Notes under the pieces: generated by a model
Databases searched by the model: none
Seen by the model: only the letters and a program-made list of their open reading frames with translations
What the model was told of the DNA's origin: nothing
NCBI GenBank assembly: GCA_965249575.1
Contig: OZ252244.1
Span: 3,008,001 to 3,072,000, forward strand
Origin: Gemmatimonadales bacterium
GTDB lineage: Bacteria > Gemmatimonadota > Gemmatimonadetes > Gemmatimonadales > GWC2-71-9
Reading direction: 5' to 3'
Length of the DNA: 64,000 nucleotides
Shown: positions 1-9,037 of the stretch, in pieces
How the letters are laid out: each line of letters starts with the position of its first letter
Numbering within the stretch: position 1 is the stretch's first letter
Position numbers and translations under genes: made by a program

Positions 1-935
1 ACGCCCAGCGCCCCCAGCAGCCCCGCCTCGCCCAGGATGAGCCCCAAGACCTGCCGGCGGGTCGCCCCCATCGACCGAAGCAGTCCGAACTCCGCCCGCC
101 GGCGGACGAGGGCTGCCTGGACGCTGGTGTACACGAGAAAAAAGCCCACCAGCAGGCTGATGAAGCTGAGCGCGGTCAAGTTGAGCCGAAAGGCCTCCAG
201 GAGGCGTGCAGCTTCCCGCCGCTGTTCTCCCGGCGTGATCACCTCCACCCCCGGTCCCAGGCGCGCCTGGAGGCGCGCCTGGACCGCCGAGGATCCTTCC
301 TCGGCCCGCAAACTCACGTCGATTTGGTGGATCTCGCCCCGGGTGCCGAAGAGGTCTTGCGCCTGGGCGATGTCCATGACGGCCAGCCGGCGACTCGCCA
401 GCGGGGCGATTCGCTCGAAGTCGAGCAGCCCGCCGATCACCAGGGTAACCACCCTGCCCGCTCCGATAACGCGAACCGAGTCGCCGGCCGCCCAGCCCAT
501 GTCGTCGGCCAGTTTTTGGGTGACGGCCACCCAACCGGATTGCGCGAGGGATACCGCCGCATCGGCCGGCGGGCCCGCCCAGGCCACGCGAGGGGACGCG
601 AAGAAGTCGACGCCGATCACGTCGAGGTAGATGCGGGAGGTGTCGGCGAGCGCCACGTCCGTTCGGAATATCGGCCGGGCCGTGGCTACTCCCGGCTCTG
701 CGAGAACGGTGACGTACAGGCTCTCGGGAATCGTCGGGAGCCGGCCGCGTACGCTGAAGTCGGTGTCCCCGCTTACCGCCTCGACGCTCGCCCCGAAGGC
801 GGCCAGGGCGCTCTGGTTGATGATTTGAATCGTGAGGACCGACGCCACCCCGAGGGCCACCCCCAGCACGGTCAGGATGTACAGCGTCCTCCCGCTCCTG
901 AAATGGGCGCCAACCGTCCGCACGAAGTACCGCAT
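1..935 (-). CDS. ABC transporter permease (FtsX/MacB-like), runs off the window edge
   Basis: Manual translation from ATG at 935: MRYFVRTVGAHFRSGRTLYILTVLGVALGVASVLTIQIINQSALAAF, a typical FtsX-family N-terminal TM helix. Start overlaps the stop of the upstream ATPase. Confidence 0.85.
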   Translation of the reverse strand, partial: MRYFVRTVGAHFRSGRTLYILTVLGVALGVASVLTIQIINQSALAAFGASVEAVSGDTDFSVRGRLPTIPESLYVTVLAEPGVATARPIFRTDVALADTSRIYLDVIGVDFFASPRVAWAGPPADAAVSLAQSGWVAVTQKLADDMGWAAGDSVRVIGAGRVVTLVIGGLLDFERIAPLASRRLAVMDIAQAQDLFGTRGEIHQIDVSLRAEEGSSAVQARLQARLGPGVEVITPGEQRREAARLLEAFRLNLTALSFISLLVGFFLVYTSVQAALVRRRAEFGLLRSMGATRRQVLGLILGEAGLLGALG

Positions 936-1624
936 CACGGCCGCTCGAGCCTTCCGCTGTGAAGCTGCCAGGTCTCGTCCGCGAGAGCTGCCAACTCCAG
1001 ACTGTGCGTTACGTAAACAACCGTGCTGTTTCCTTGGTCGGCCATGGACAGCAAGAGATCCATGACTTGCCGACTGGTGGCGTCGTCGAGGTTGCCGGTC
1101 GGCTCGTCAGCGAGCAGCAAGGGCGGGCGCCGGAGGAGGGAGCGGCAGATGGCGACCCGCTGCATCTCACCGCCACTCAACCGTTGAATCGAATCCTCAA
1201 CCCGGTCTGTCAGCCCCACGCGCCCGAGCAGCTCCAGCACGCGGCTGCTGAAGTCTTCCGATCGTGAGCCCGCAATGAGTTCCGGAAGCGCGACATTCTC
1301 CCGAACGGTGAGATGTGGCAGCAGGTAAAAGAACTGGAACACGAGCCCGATGCGCTCCCGCCGGAGCAGCGTGCGGGAGTGTTCGGACAGCGCGCCAAGG
1401 TCGTGGCCGTCCAGCAGCACTGACCCATCCGTGGGCACGTCGATCCCGGCGGCCAGGTTGAGGAGCGTCGATTTCCCGCTGCCGCTCCGCCCGACCACAG
1501 CGATCCGGCGCCCCGGGGGGACGTCGAAGCTGACGCGCTCGAGCGCGAACCGGCTGCCGCTTCCCAAGCTGTCGTAACGCTTGGAGACGTTACGAAACGC
1601 CACGGCCGAGATGTCGGGGGTCAT
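935..1624 (-). CDS. ABC transporter ATP-binding protein (LolD/MacB-like)
   Basis: Walker A GRSGSGKST, signature LSGGEMQR, Walker B LLLADEPTGNLD, H-loop YVTH. Start taken at ATG 1624. Confidence 0.93.
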   Translation of the reverse strand: MTPDISAVAFRNVSKRYDSLGSGSRFALERVSFDVPPGRRIAVVGRSGSGKSTLLNLAAGIDVPTDGSVLLDGHDLGALSEHSRTLLRRERIGLVFQFFYLLPHLTVRENVALPELIAGSRSEDFSSRVLELLGRVGLTDRVEDSIQRLSGGEMQRVAICRSLLRRPPLLLADEPTGNLDDATSRQVMDLLLSMADQGNSTVVYVTHSLELAALADETWQLHSGRLERP

Positions 1625-1632
1625 GTCGCGGG

Positions 1633-1662
1633 AGCCTAGCGGGAGCGGCGCGGCGGCGTCAA
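1633..1662 (-). promoter_or_regulatory. Putative sigma70 promoter of the ABC operon
   Basis: Minus strand TTGACG-18 nt-TAGGCT, 8 nt before ATG 1624. Confidence 0.45.
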
Positions 1663-1765
1663 GCGGTTGTGGACCGCGGAGTGTCGCAATAGGGTTCCAT
1701 CCCTCCGGCACGCTCGTAGGCCCGAGGGGATCTCAGCTTGCCTTGGAGGCTCCATACAGTACGCC

Positions 1766-2752
1766 GTGAGCCAGTTTCGCCCCGCATGGTGGCTCCGCGG
1801 GCCACACGCTCAGACCCTCGGCGCTCGCCTGCTGCGGCGCAGGCGAGGGGTGGCACTCGCGCGCGAGCGGGTCGAAACGCCGGACGGCGATTTCCTCGAT
1901 CTGGACTTTGCGGAATCCGGTGAGCGGGGTGGGTCTCCCAACGTACCAGTCGTACTCGTGCTTCATGGCCTCGAGGGGTCGTCAGAGTCGAAGTACGCGC
2001 TCGAGGCCCACCGGGGCTTGGCGGCCCGGGGTCTCCAGGGAGTCGGCCTGAACTTCCGGTCGTGCAGTGGCGAACTCAATCGAACCAAACGCCTGTACCA
2101 TTCCGGTGAGACCGGCGATCTGGCGTACGTGCTGGACCTGTTGGCACGGCGGTTCCCCGGCTCGAAGCTCGGCGCGATCGGGTTTTCGCTGGGTGGAAAC
2201 GTCCTTCTCAAGTATCTGGGAGAGACGGGGAGCGACGATCGGGCGCCACTCCTGTCGGCCGCGGTGGCGATCTCGGTGCCGTTCGATCTGGGCGCGGGAG
2301 CAGACTATCTCGAGAGGGGATTGTCCCGCCTCTATCGGTGGCGCCTGGTTCGCTCACTGCAGCAGAAGGTGCGGGCCAAGGCCGGGCTGCTGGGTGATGC
2401 GGTGGACCTCCAGTGCTCGCTAGCGGCTCGAACGTTCCGGGAATTCGACGATGCGGCTACGGCGCCGCTGCACGGATTCGCCGGGGCCGAAGACTACTAC
2501 CGGCGATCGAGCTCTGCCCCCTACCTGTCACGCGTGCGCGTTCCAACGCTGGTGATCCACTCCCTGGACGATCCGTTCCTGCCCGCCGCCGCCGTCCCGC
2601 AACACGAGGCGTCGGGCAACCCAAATATCGTAGGGGTGTTCACGAAGAGCGGGGGCCACGTGGGTTTCGTCAGCGGGGAGGCTCCGTGGGCCCCCGCGTT
2701 CTGGGCGGAACAGGAGGCGACCAGGTTCGTGAGCGTGATGCTCGGGCCGTGA
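1766..2752 (+). CDS. YheT-family alpha/beta hydrolase
   Basis: PHAQTL, HGLEGSS, FRSCSG, GFSLGGN nucleophile elbow, DDPF and GGHVGF motifs. GTG start at 1766. Confidence 0.9.
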   Translation: MSQFRPAWWLRGPHAQTLGARLLRRRRGVALARERVETPDGDFLDLDFAESGERGGSPNVPVVLVLHGLEGSSESKYALEAHRGLAARGLQGVGLNFRSCSGELNRTKRLYHSGETGDLAYVLDLLARRFPGSKLGAIGFSLGGNVLLKYLGETGSDDRAPLLSAAVAISVPFDLGAGADYLERGLSRLYRWRLVRSLQQKVRAKAGLLGDAVDLQCSLAARTFREFDDAATAPLHGFAGAEDYYRRSSSAPYLSRVRVPTLVIHSLDDPFLPAAAVPQHEASGNPNIVGVFTKSGGHVGFVSGEAPWAPAFWAEQEATRFVSVMLGP

Positions 2753-2780
2753 CTCCTTCGGGGCCCGGACCACGTCCCGC

Positions 2781-3383
2781 CTAGGTTCGGATTGCCGCGA
2801 GCCCACTCCGCAACGCGTCGTTCCAGCGCTCGTGCTGCCGCGCGCGGTTGAGGGGAAGCGGTTCCGTGGGCTCACTCCCCCCGGATTTAAGTGCGCGCTG
2901 CCACCAACCGACGTCGTGCCACGCACCGAGCTTGTACCCGACCGATCGATACACCCCAACCGGTTCGAATCGGAGGCGCTCGTGCAGCGATACGCTCGCG
3001 GGATTCGGGAGGGTGATCGCCGCGTAGGCTCGGTAGAATCCCTGGAGCGTGAGAACCGCAAAGAGTGATTCGTAGAGCGCCCGCCCGACACCCGATTGGC
3101 GATGGTCCGCTCCGACGTACACCGATACCTCGACCGACCAGCGATACGCCGCGCGAGTCCGAAACGCGCCAGCGTACGCGTATCCCTTGACCGCGCCCTC
3201 GCTCTCGCATACGAGCCAGGGCCGTTCGGGCAAGGTGCTCGTGATCCTGCGAGCCATCTCGGTCTTGGGCGGCGGCTCGGTCTCGAACGAGATCGCGGTA
3301 TCGCGGACGATCGGGACATAGATCGCCAACACCCCGTCCGCATCGTCCTCGGTCACCAGCCGGATCACGTGCTCAGTGGACAT
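2781..3383 (-). CDS. GNAT N-acetyltransferase (phosphinothricin/arsinothricin acetyltransferase-like)
   Basis: AISFETEPP, RAAYRWSVEVSVYV, GVGRALY, NPASVSLHE and GYKLGAWHDVGWW motifs. Confidence 0.88.
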   Translation of the reverse strand: MSTEHVIRLVTEDDADGVLAIYVPIVRDTAISFETEPPPKTEMARRITSTLPERPWLVCESEGAVKGYAYAGAFRTRAAYRWSVEVSVYVGADHRQSGVGRALYESLFAVLTLQGFYRAYAAITLPNPASVSLHERLRFEPVGVYRSVGYKLGAWHDVGWWQRALKSGGSEPTEPLPLNRARQHERWNDALRSGLAAIRT

Positions 3384-3404
3384 CGGTCAGTCGTCATTGT
3401 TCAT

Positions 3405-3516
3405 TGGTCAGTGGTCAGTGGTCAGTGGTCAGTGGTCAGTGGTCAGTGGTCAGTGGTCAGTGGTCAGTGGTCAGTGGTCAGCGGTCAGTGGTCAGTGGTC
3501 AATGGTCAATGGTCAA
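3405..3516 (+). repeat. Tandem heptamer repeat (TGGTCAG)n, 16 units
   Basis: Counted directly: 12 TGGTCAG, 1 CGGTCAG and 3 TGGTCAA units, between divergent GNAT and osmC genes. Confidence 0.97.
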
Positions 3517-3587
3517 TGTTGTTGCTCGATCTTCAAGGCTCGATGTTCAGTGATCAATGTCCAATACTCAATGAAGGGAACTCCGTA

Positions 3588-4019
3588 ATGCCAACCAGCA
3601 GCGCACGCGCGACGTGGGAGGGTGGGCTCAAGGCTGGGAAAGGCGTCTACTCCGCGGCATCCGGGTCGTTTGAGGGCCGCTACTCCTTCACAACCCGGTT
3701 CGAGGGAGCCGCGGGCACCAATCCCGAGGAGCTGATTGCCGCGGCTCACGCCGCCTGTCTCAGCATGGCGCTCTCTGCCGGGCTCGAGAAAGCGGGTACA
3801 CCCGCTACCCGCATTTCAACTGCGGCCGCTTGCACCCTCGAGATGGTTGGAGGCGGGCCCAAGATCACGAAGATGGAGCTCGAGGTCCGCGGTTCGGTGC
3901 CCGAGATCGACCAATCCGCTTTCGCCGAGGCGGCTGAGAACGCCAAGAACAACTGTCCGGTCTCGGGCGCCCTCAAGGACAACGTCCAGTTCGTTCTGTC
4001 GGCGCAACTCGAACAATGA
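3588..4019 (+). CDS. osmC: OsmC-family peroxiredoxin
   Basis: ATWEGGLKAGKG, YSFTTRFEG, GTNPEELIAAAHAAC and AKNNCPVS (two catalytic Cys). ATG at 3588. Confidence 0.93.
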   Translation: MPTSSARATWEGGLKAGKGVYSAASGSFEGRYSFTTRFEGAAGTNPEELIAAAHAACLSMALSAGLEKAGTPATRISTAAACTLEMVGGGPKITKMELEVRGSVPEIDQSAFAEAAENAKNNCPVSGALKDNVQFVLSAQLEQ

Positions 4020-4079
4020 TCCCGTCGCCGCGCTAACGGCTTCACCACGACGCCACCCGATTGGCAACGGCGGGGTTCC

Positions 4080-5159
4080 TTGGATCCACTCTGTCATACC
4101 TTGGTCGGTGCCGCCCTCGGCGAAGCGGGTCTCAAACGCTCGACGCCTTTGGCGATGCCCGGGCTCGTCATCGGGGCGAATCTCCCCGATGTCGACGTGG
4201 CGGCCCATGCCTGGGGAGGGCTGGCCGCCCTGGAGTTCCGTAGGGGGTGGACGCATGGCATCCTGGCACTGGCGGTCCTGCCGCTCGTCTTGGTGGGCCT
4301 GCTCCTATTATGGGATCGCCTGGTTCGACGACGACAGCGTAGCCCTGAACGGGCCGCCGATCCGCGAGCGCTCATGCTGCTGGCGTACGCCGCGGTGCTG
4401 ACCCATCCGTTCCTGGACTATCTGAATACCTACGGGATGCGATGGCTCATGCCGTTCAGGGACGAATGGTATTACGGAGACGCGCTGTTCATTATCGACC
4501 CCTGGATTTGGGGCGCGCTCGGCATTGGGGTCTACCTTACCCGCCGGCTCAACAGACACAAGGCGGCCCAGATCGCGGCGCGGCCTGCCCGAATCGCACT
4601 CGGCTTGGTGGCCGGCTACATCCTGCTGATGGGCGTCTCGGCAGTCAGTTCCCGCAGGCTGGTAGGGGGATTTCTAGCCGAAGGCCTCCAGGTTTCGGTC
4701 AACCACCTGATGGTTGCACCGATCCCCGGGAATCCGATTTCCCGGGATGTACTCCTCTCGTCGAACGGGCAATACCACCGCGCGCGCTTCCGGTGATTGC
4801 CGCAGCCCCGGATGGAGCGCCAGGTCGAACAGGCGAGGTGGTGGGTCGGGTCCCCCGCCACGACCGTATCGACGGGAGAATCGCATCCGGCCGCGGTTGC
4901 AGCGGCTGCGACCCGCGAGGGGCGCGCGTTCCTCCATTGGTCCCGGTTCCCCTATTTCCGTATTCAAGAGATTGACGGCGGATATCGAGTACGAATCGTG
5001 GATGCCAGGTATGAGGCCGACTGGGCGTCACTCGTTCTGGACGTACCGGGAGCCCTGGCGGCCGAGACCCGACTCCGTGACCCCCAACCGGACGCGACCA
5101 AGGTGAGCGCGCTGGGCATTGGCCTCGAAGCCGCCCCGCGCGGGGAGGACCGTCGATGA
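4080..5159 (+). pseudogene. Membrane-bound metal-dependent hydrolase (YbcI/DUF457-like) interrupted by an in-frame TGA at 4794-4796
   Basis: MDPLCHTLVGAAL, ANLPDVD, RRGWTHG and HPFLDYLNTYG motifs. The ORF at 4797-5159 continues in the same frame (FLHWSRFPY...DARY) and its stop overlaps the cax start. Confidence 0.75.
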
Positions 5160-6253
5160 ACGTGAAACGCGCATTGGCGATCGAGAACGCTCTGTTACTC
5201 CTGTTGGTGTTCGTCCCCGTGGCCGTCGTGCTCGAGATCGTGCATGCTGGCGCGGTGTACATCTTCGTCGTGTCGGCGCTCGCCATCATTCCGCTCGCCG
5301 CGTTGATGGGCCGGGCCACCGAGCACCTGGCGGCGCGGTTGGGGGAGGGAATCGGTGGGCTGCTCAATGCCACGTTCGGGAACGCGGCCGAGCTGATCAT
5401 CGCGTTCATGGGATTGCGGGCCGGCCTGTATGGAGTGGTCAAGGCGTCAATCACGGGATCGATCATCGGGAACGTGCTCTTGATCTTCGGCTTGAGCGCC
5501 TTGGTGGGCGGCGTTGGCCGGCGCGCTCAGTCGTTCAATCGCACGGCGGCGAGCTTGGGCTCAACGCTCCTCTTCCTGAGCGCCGTCGGGCTGCTGATCC
5601 CGGCCATCTTCCACCGCATCGTGGGCGCCGACTTCGCCGCCGACGAGCGGACGCTCAGCCTCGAGATCGCGATCGTCCTCATGACGACTTACGTCCTGAG
5701 CCTCGTATTTGCGCTCAAGACACATCGGCACCTCTACACGGGGGGGCCCGCGAGCCACGAGGCCGACGCCCTATCGGGCGACGTGCATTGGTCCCGAGCC
5801 CAGTCCGCGGCCACACTAGTGGGAACTACCGCCCTGATCGCGCTCATGAGCGAGTTCCTGGTGGGCTCAATCGAAGAGACCGCCTCACAGCTCGGAATGA
5901 GCGACGTCTTCGTCGGCGTCATCCTAATCGCCATCATCGGTAACGCGGCAGAGCATTCGGCGGCTGTCTTGATGGCCATCAAGGACAAGATGGACCTGGC
6001 GATCAACATCGCGGTGGGCTCGTCGATTCAGGTGGCCCTGTTCGTCGCGCCTCTTTTGGTCTTCGCAAGCTACTGGATCGGGCCCAGGCCGATGGACCTG
6101 CGCTTCACCACGCTCGAGGTCGTCGCCGTCGTCCTCGCCGCGGTCTCCATGTCGCAGATCGCGAACGATGGGGAGACGAACTGGATGGAGGGTGTTCAGC
6201 TTCTGGCGGTCTACTGCATCCTGGGCATGGTGTTCTTCATAATGCCGACGTGA
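5156..6253 (+). CDS. cax: Calcium/proton exchanger (CaCA family)
   Basis: Two alpha-repeats, NATFGNAAE and [17 protein letters not shown]; multiple TM helices. Confidence 0.93.
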   Translation: MNVKRALAIENALLLLLVFVPVAVVLEIVHAGAVYIFVVSALAIIPLAALMGRATEHLAARLGEGIGGLLNATFGNAAELIIAFMGLRAGLYGVVKASITGSIIGNVLLIFGLSALVGGVGRRAQSFNRTAASLGSTLLFLSAVGLLIPAIFHRIVGADFAADERTLSLEIAIVLMTTYVLSLVFALKTHRHLYTGGPASHEADALSGDVHWSRAQSAATLVGTTALIALMSEFLVGSIEETASQLGMSDVFVGVILIAIIGNAAEHSAAVLMAIKDKMDLAINIAVGSSIQVALFVAPLLVFASYWIGPRPMDLRFTTLEVVAVVLAAVSMSQIANDGETNWMEGVQLLAVYCILGMVFFIMPT

Positions 6254-6363
6254 CGGCGCATCTCGTAACGGCGCAGGGGCCTAGAAGAGACTTCTGGCGA
6301 CTGATCCACGGCCCTGTCGCCCGCCACGCTCGGAGGCCTATCGGAAAAGAGGATCTACTACAC

Positions 6364-6395
6364 AAAAAAAAGGGCGAGCACCTGGCGCTCGCCCC
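6364..6395 (-). terminator. Rho-independent terminator
   Basis: GGGCGAGC...GCTCGCCC hairpin followed by T8 on the minus strand, 20 nt after the stop at 6415. Confidence 0.85.
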
Positions 6396-6414
6396 AACTG
6401 TCGGTCCAGTAGCT

Positions 6415-6891
6415 TCAGTCCGCCGCCGCCACCTGGATCTCACTCCACGGCGCGTCATTTCGACGGTTGTGCCGTCGCACGGCATCGCGCGCGGCCGCCA
6501 CGCCGGCGACTACGTGGCGAACGAATGGCTCGGGAAGCTCCGTGCTGCCAGCAGCGATCGTGATGGAGGCCACGAAGTCGTTCAAGAAGCATGGCCGCTC
6601 TGATGGGCCGCCGTCGGCCCCTGCGAACACCCTGTTGTGTTCGACGCGCACGTCCAGTCGGACGCCGTCGCGATACCGGAACAGTGTCGCGGCCACGTCG
6701 CCCCTGCCGATCTCGTCGGGAAACGAGAGCGCACTCGAGAGGCCGACTTCCCACTGCGCCACGCTCGTCACCTGCGGTTCCTCGCTGGTGACTGCCTGGA
6801 GTAAGTCGTCGACTCCCTGCACTAGGACGCCCAGCGACTCATCCAGCTCACTGGCAGTAAGAGCGGCTTTGGTGTTAACGCAGGCGTTCAT
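6415..6891 (-). CDS. Hypothetical protein (~158 aa)
   Basis: ORF with GGAG 7 nt upstream of ATG 6891, plausible alpha/beta composition, own promoter candidate and terminator. No recognised motif. Confidence 0.7.
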   Translation of the reverse strand: MNACVNTKAALTASELDESLGVLVQGVDDLLQAVTSEEPQVTSVAQWEVGLSSALSFPDEIGRGDVAATLFRYRDGVRLDVRVEHNRVFAGADGGPSERPCFLNDFVASITIAAGSTELPEPFVRHVVAGVAAARDAVRRHNRRNDAPWSEIQVAAAD

Positions 6892-6954
6892 CGTAATGCT
6901 CCGTGCCTCCTGAGTAACCGTATTGACCCCACACCTCGTTCCGTCCTCTACTAC

Positions 6955-6970
6955 AGCCAAGACCGTGCCA
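6955..6970 (-). promoter_or_regulatory. Putative sigma54 (-24/-12) promoter
   Basis: Minus strand TGGCACGGTCTTGGCT: TGGCAC with GG-N10-GC spacing and one mismatch to TTGC. Confidence 0.5.
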
Positions 6971-7142
6971 GGTTTCCCTAGTTATCGGCTCTTGGCGCCA
7001 ACGCGTTGAGGTTTCTGTGGTTAGGCAAACGGTCCTGTTCGGGGCGTGACTACCGTCACTCCCCATAGTATGGCGGTTGGCTACGGCTGTCCAGAAAGGG
7101 CTACATTTGGCCGCCCAGCGAAAACCAGCGGATTTTCCGTCG

Positions 7143-7171
7143 TTGACGTATCTTGCTGCCAGTCATAAACT
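7143..7171 (+). promoter_or_regulatory. Putative sigma70 promoter of the xdhC operon
   Basis: TTGACG-17 nt-TAAACT, 26 nt before ATG 7198. Confidence 0.6.
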
Positions 7172-7197
7172 TAGGTGATTCTGGTACCAGGAGAATC

Positions 7198-8277
7198 ATG
7201 AAGGCCTGGCGGGAGACGTCGCAGATTGCCGTTCGATTGGCCGAACTTGCCGGAAAAGGTGCTCAGGCGGCCCTGGCCACCGTCATTGACATCGACGGGT
7301 CGACCTATCGCCGTCCTGGGGCCAAGCTCCTCGTCGAGGCTGGCGGTGAAGCGCTGGGCGGGGTGAGTGGTGGTTGTCTCGAGGCCGACGTGCGGGAAGT
7401 GGCGCGCGCGGTCGTCGATGAGCACTCCCCGCGGTTGCTTCGATACGACATGACGAACGATGACGGGAGCTTCGGGCTCGGGTTGGGCTGTCGGGGAATC
7501 GTGGACGTATTCGTTCAGCCGGCGACGGACCACTTGATCACCGCCGTTCGTGAGATCCAAACGCTGCTTGCCGGGCGGGAGGCCTTCGCGATCTCCACGG
7601 TCGTCGAGGGCGAGGGAGTTGGACGAACAGTCGTGACGAGATCGGGCGGTACGATCCGTGGATCTACCGGCGGCACGCAGCTCGATCGGGCGGTGGCGTC
7701 GCTGAGCGGTGAGCGTTTGGGTGACGGCGGGTCGGGCCTCGACACGTTGGGTGGAGCGCGGGTCTTCACGGAGGTCCTCGCTCCACCTCCGGACCTGGTC
7801 GTGTTCGGCGCCGGGGACGATTCGGTGTCCCTTGCCGCGTGCGCCTGGGACGTAGGGTTTCGCGTTACGGTCGTCGATCACCGCGCGGCGGCGCTCGAGC
7901 CGCAGCGGTTCCCCGAGGACGCGGTGCGCGTTCACCGGCGGCCCGCGGAAGGAGTCGAAGGGGTGCCGCTCCATGCGGAGTCCTACGTCGTCCTGAAGTT
8001 GCATTCCCTCGACCACGATCGTGCCTGGCTCGAACAGATACTGCGTACCCCCGCGCCCTACGTCGGCGTGCTCGGTCCGCGGGCACGCACGGCGGAGATG
8101 CTCGCGGCGATCGGGGCGCCCATGTCGGAGCGTATCTTCGCCCCCGTGGGCATCGACCTCGCGGCGGAGGGAGCGGAGCAAGTCGCGCTCTCTATTGTTG
8201 CTGAGCTGCTCGCGGTGCGCTCGGGAAGGGCGCCAACCCACCTGCGTGAGAAACGGGGAGCGATTCATGTCGACTGA
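7198..8277 (+). CDS. XdhC/CoxI-family molybdoenzyme maturation chaperone
   Basis: GSTYRRPGAKLLV, GGVSGGCLE, GLGCRG, VVFGAGDD, YVGVLGPR and APVGIDLAAEGAEQVALSIVAELL motifs. Confidence 0.92.
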   Translation: MKAWRETSQIAVRLAELAGKGAQAALATVIDIDGSTYRRPGAKLLVEAGGEALGGVSGGCLEADVREVARAVVDEHSPRLLRYDMTNDDGSFGLGLGCRGIVDVFVQPATDHLITAVREIQTLLAGREAFAISTVVEGEGVGRTVVTRSGGTIRGSTGGTQLDRAVASLSGERLGDGGSGLDTLGGARVFTEVLAPPPDLVVFGAGDDSVSLAACAWDVGFRVTVVDHRAAALEPQRFPEDAVRVHRRPAEGVEGVPLHAESYVVLKLHSLDHDRAWLEQILRTPAPYVGVLGPRARTAEMLAAIGAPMSERIFAPVGIDLAAEGAEQVALSIVAELLAVRSGRAPTHLREKRGAIHVD

Positions 8278-8878
8278 GCGTACCGGATCGGTGGCGGGTC
8301 TCCTCCTCGCGGCGGGGAGCTCGAGCCGCATGGGCGAGAACAAGTTGTTCTTCGAGATCGACGGTGAATCGCTGCTCCGCCGCGCCGTCGATACCGCGCT
8401 GTCCGCCGGGCTGGACCCGGTGGTCGTGGTCCTGGGTCACGAGGCTCAGCGCGCGCGCGGGGCACTCCGCGAGCTGCCGTGTCAGATCGTGGTCAACTCG
8501 CAGCACGAGCTGGGGATCAACAGCTCGCTCCGAACCGGAATGGAAAATGTGCCGCCAGATGCCACGGCGGTCGTAGTAATGCTCGCCGACATGCCTTTCG
8601 TGTCGCGCGACATGATCGAGACGCTCGTGCGCCGGTACCGCGGGAGCTCGGCGGCACTCGCGATCTCGCGATACGGCGACGTCAACGCCCCGCCGATGCT
8701 GTACGATCGATCGCTGTTCGGCGAGCTCAACGAGCCACAAGGAGAGGGGTGTGGACGACACGTCGTCCGGAGGCACCGGGACCGGGCCGAGGTCGTCTCG
8801 TGGCCGCCCCAAGCCCTCACGGATCTCGACACGCCGGAAGACTACGAGCGGGTGCGCGACCTCCTGGCACAACGATAG
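8267..8878 (+). CDS. Nucleotidyltransferase, MocA-like Moco cytidylyltransferase
   Basis: LAAGSSSRMGENK, LADMP and DLDTPEDY motifs; overlaps the xdhC stop. Confidence 0.88.
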   Translation: MSTERTGSVAGLLLAAGSSSRMGENKLFFEIDGESLLRRAVDTALSAGLDPVVVVLGHEAQRARGALRELPCQIVVNSQHELGINSSLRTGMENVPPDATAVVVMLADMPFVSRDMIETLVRRYRGSSAALAISRYGDVNAPPMLYDRSLFGELNEPQGEGCGRHVVRRHRDRAEVVSWPPQALTDLDTPEDYERVRDLLAQR

Positions 8879-8903
8879 TGGTGACTGCGATGTCATGCCG
8901 GGG

Positions 8904-8932
8904 TTGCCGGATGGAAGTCAGCAAAGTATACT
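8904..8932 (+). promoter_or_regulatory. Putative sigma70 promoter of moaA
   Basis: TTGCCG-17 nt-TATACT. Confidence 0.6.
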
Positions 8933-8938
8933 TGGATT

Positions 8939-9034
8939 GGGAAAAGACGGAACATAGGGCGAAAGCCCCGCGGTGGATTTAGCAGTGCTACTTGCCCGGC
9001 CGCGTAACAGCCCAGGGCTAAAGGCGCTTTTTTT
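8939..9034 (+). promoter_or_regulatory. Putative structured 5' leader (riboswitch/attenuator candidate) of moaA
   Basis: GGGC-GAAA-GCCC GNRA hairpin, CGCGG/CCGCG stem enclosing TAGC-AGT-GCTA, AGCCC-A-GGGCT palindrome, 5' GGAAAAG complementary to the 3' T-tract. Confidence 0.45.
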
Positions 9035-9037
9035 GTT

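Noticed and set aside
3096..3587. N-terminal extension of osmC with WSVVSGQ peptide repeats
   Set aside because: It is a translation of the heptamer tract and antisense to the GNAT gene. OsmC homology starts at ATG 3588.
4794..4850. Selenocysteine codon or genome-wide UGA recoding
   Set aside because: No convincing SECIS and no redox-motif context. Many neighbouring genes end at TGA exactly where expected.
8939..9034. tRNA (including tRNA-Sec) before moaA
   Set aside because: Similar length and end pairing, but no T-loop GTTC, no anticodon arm and no CCA.
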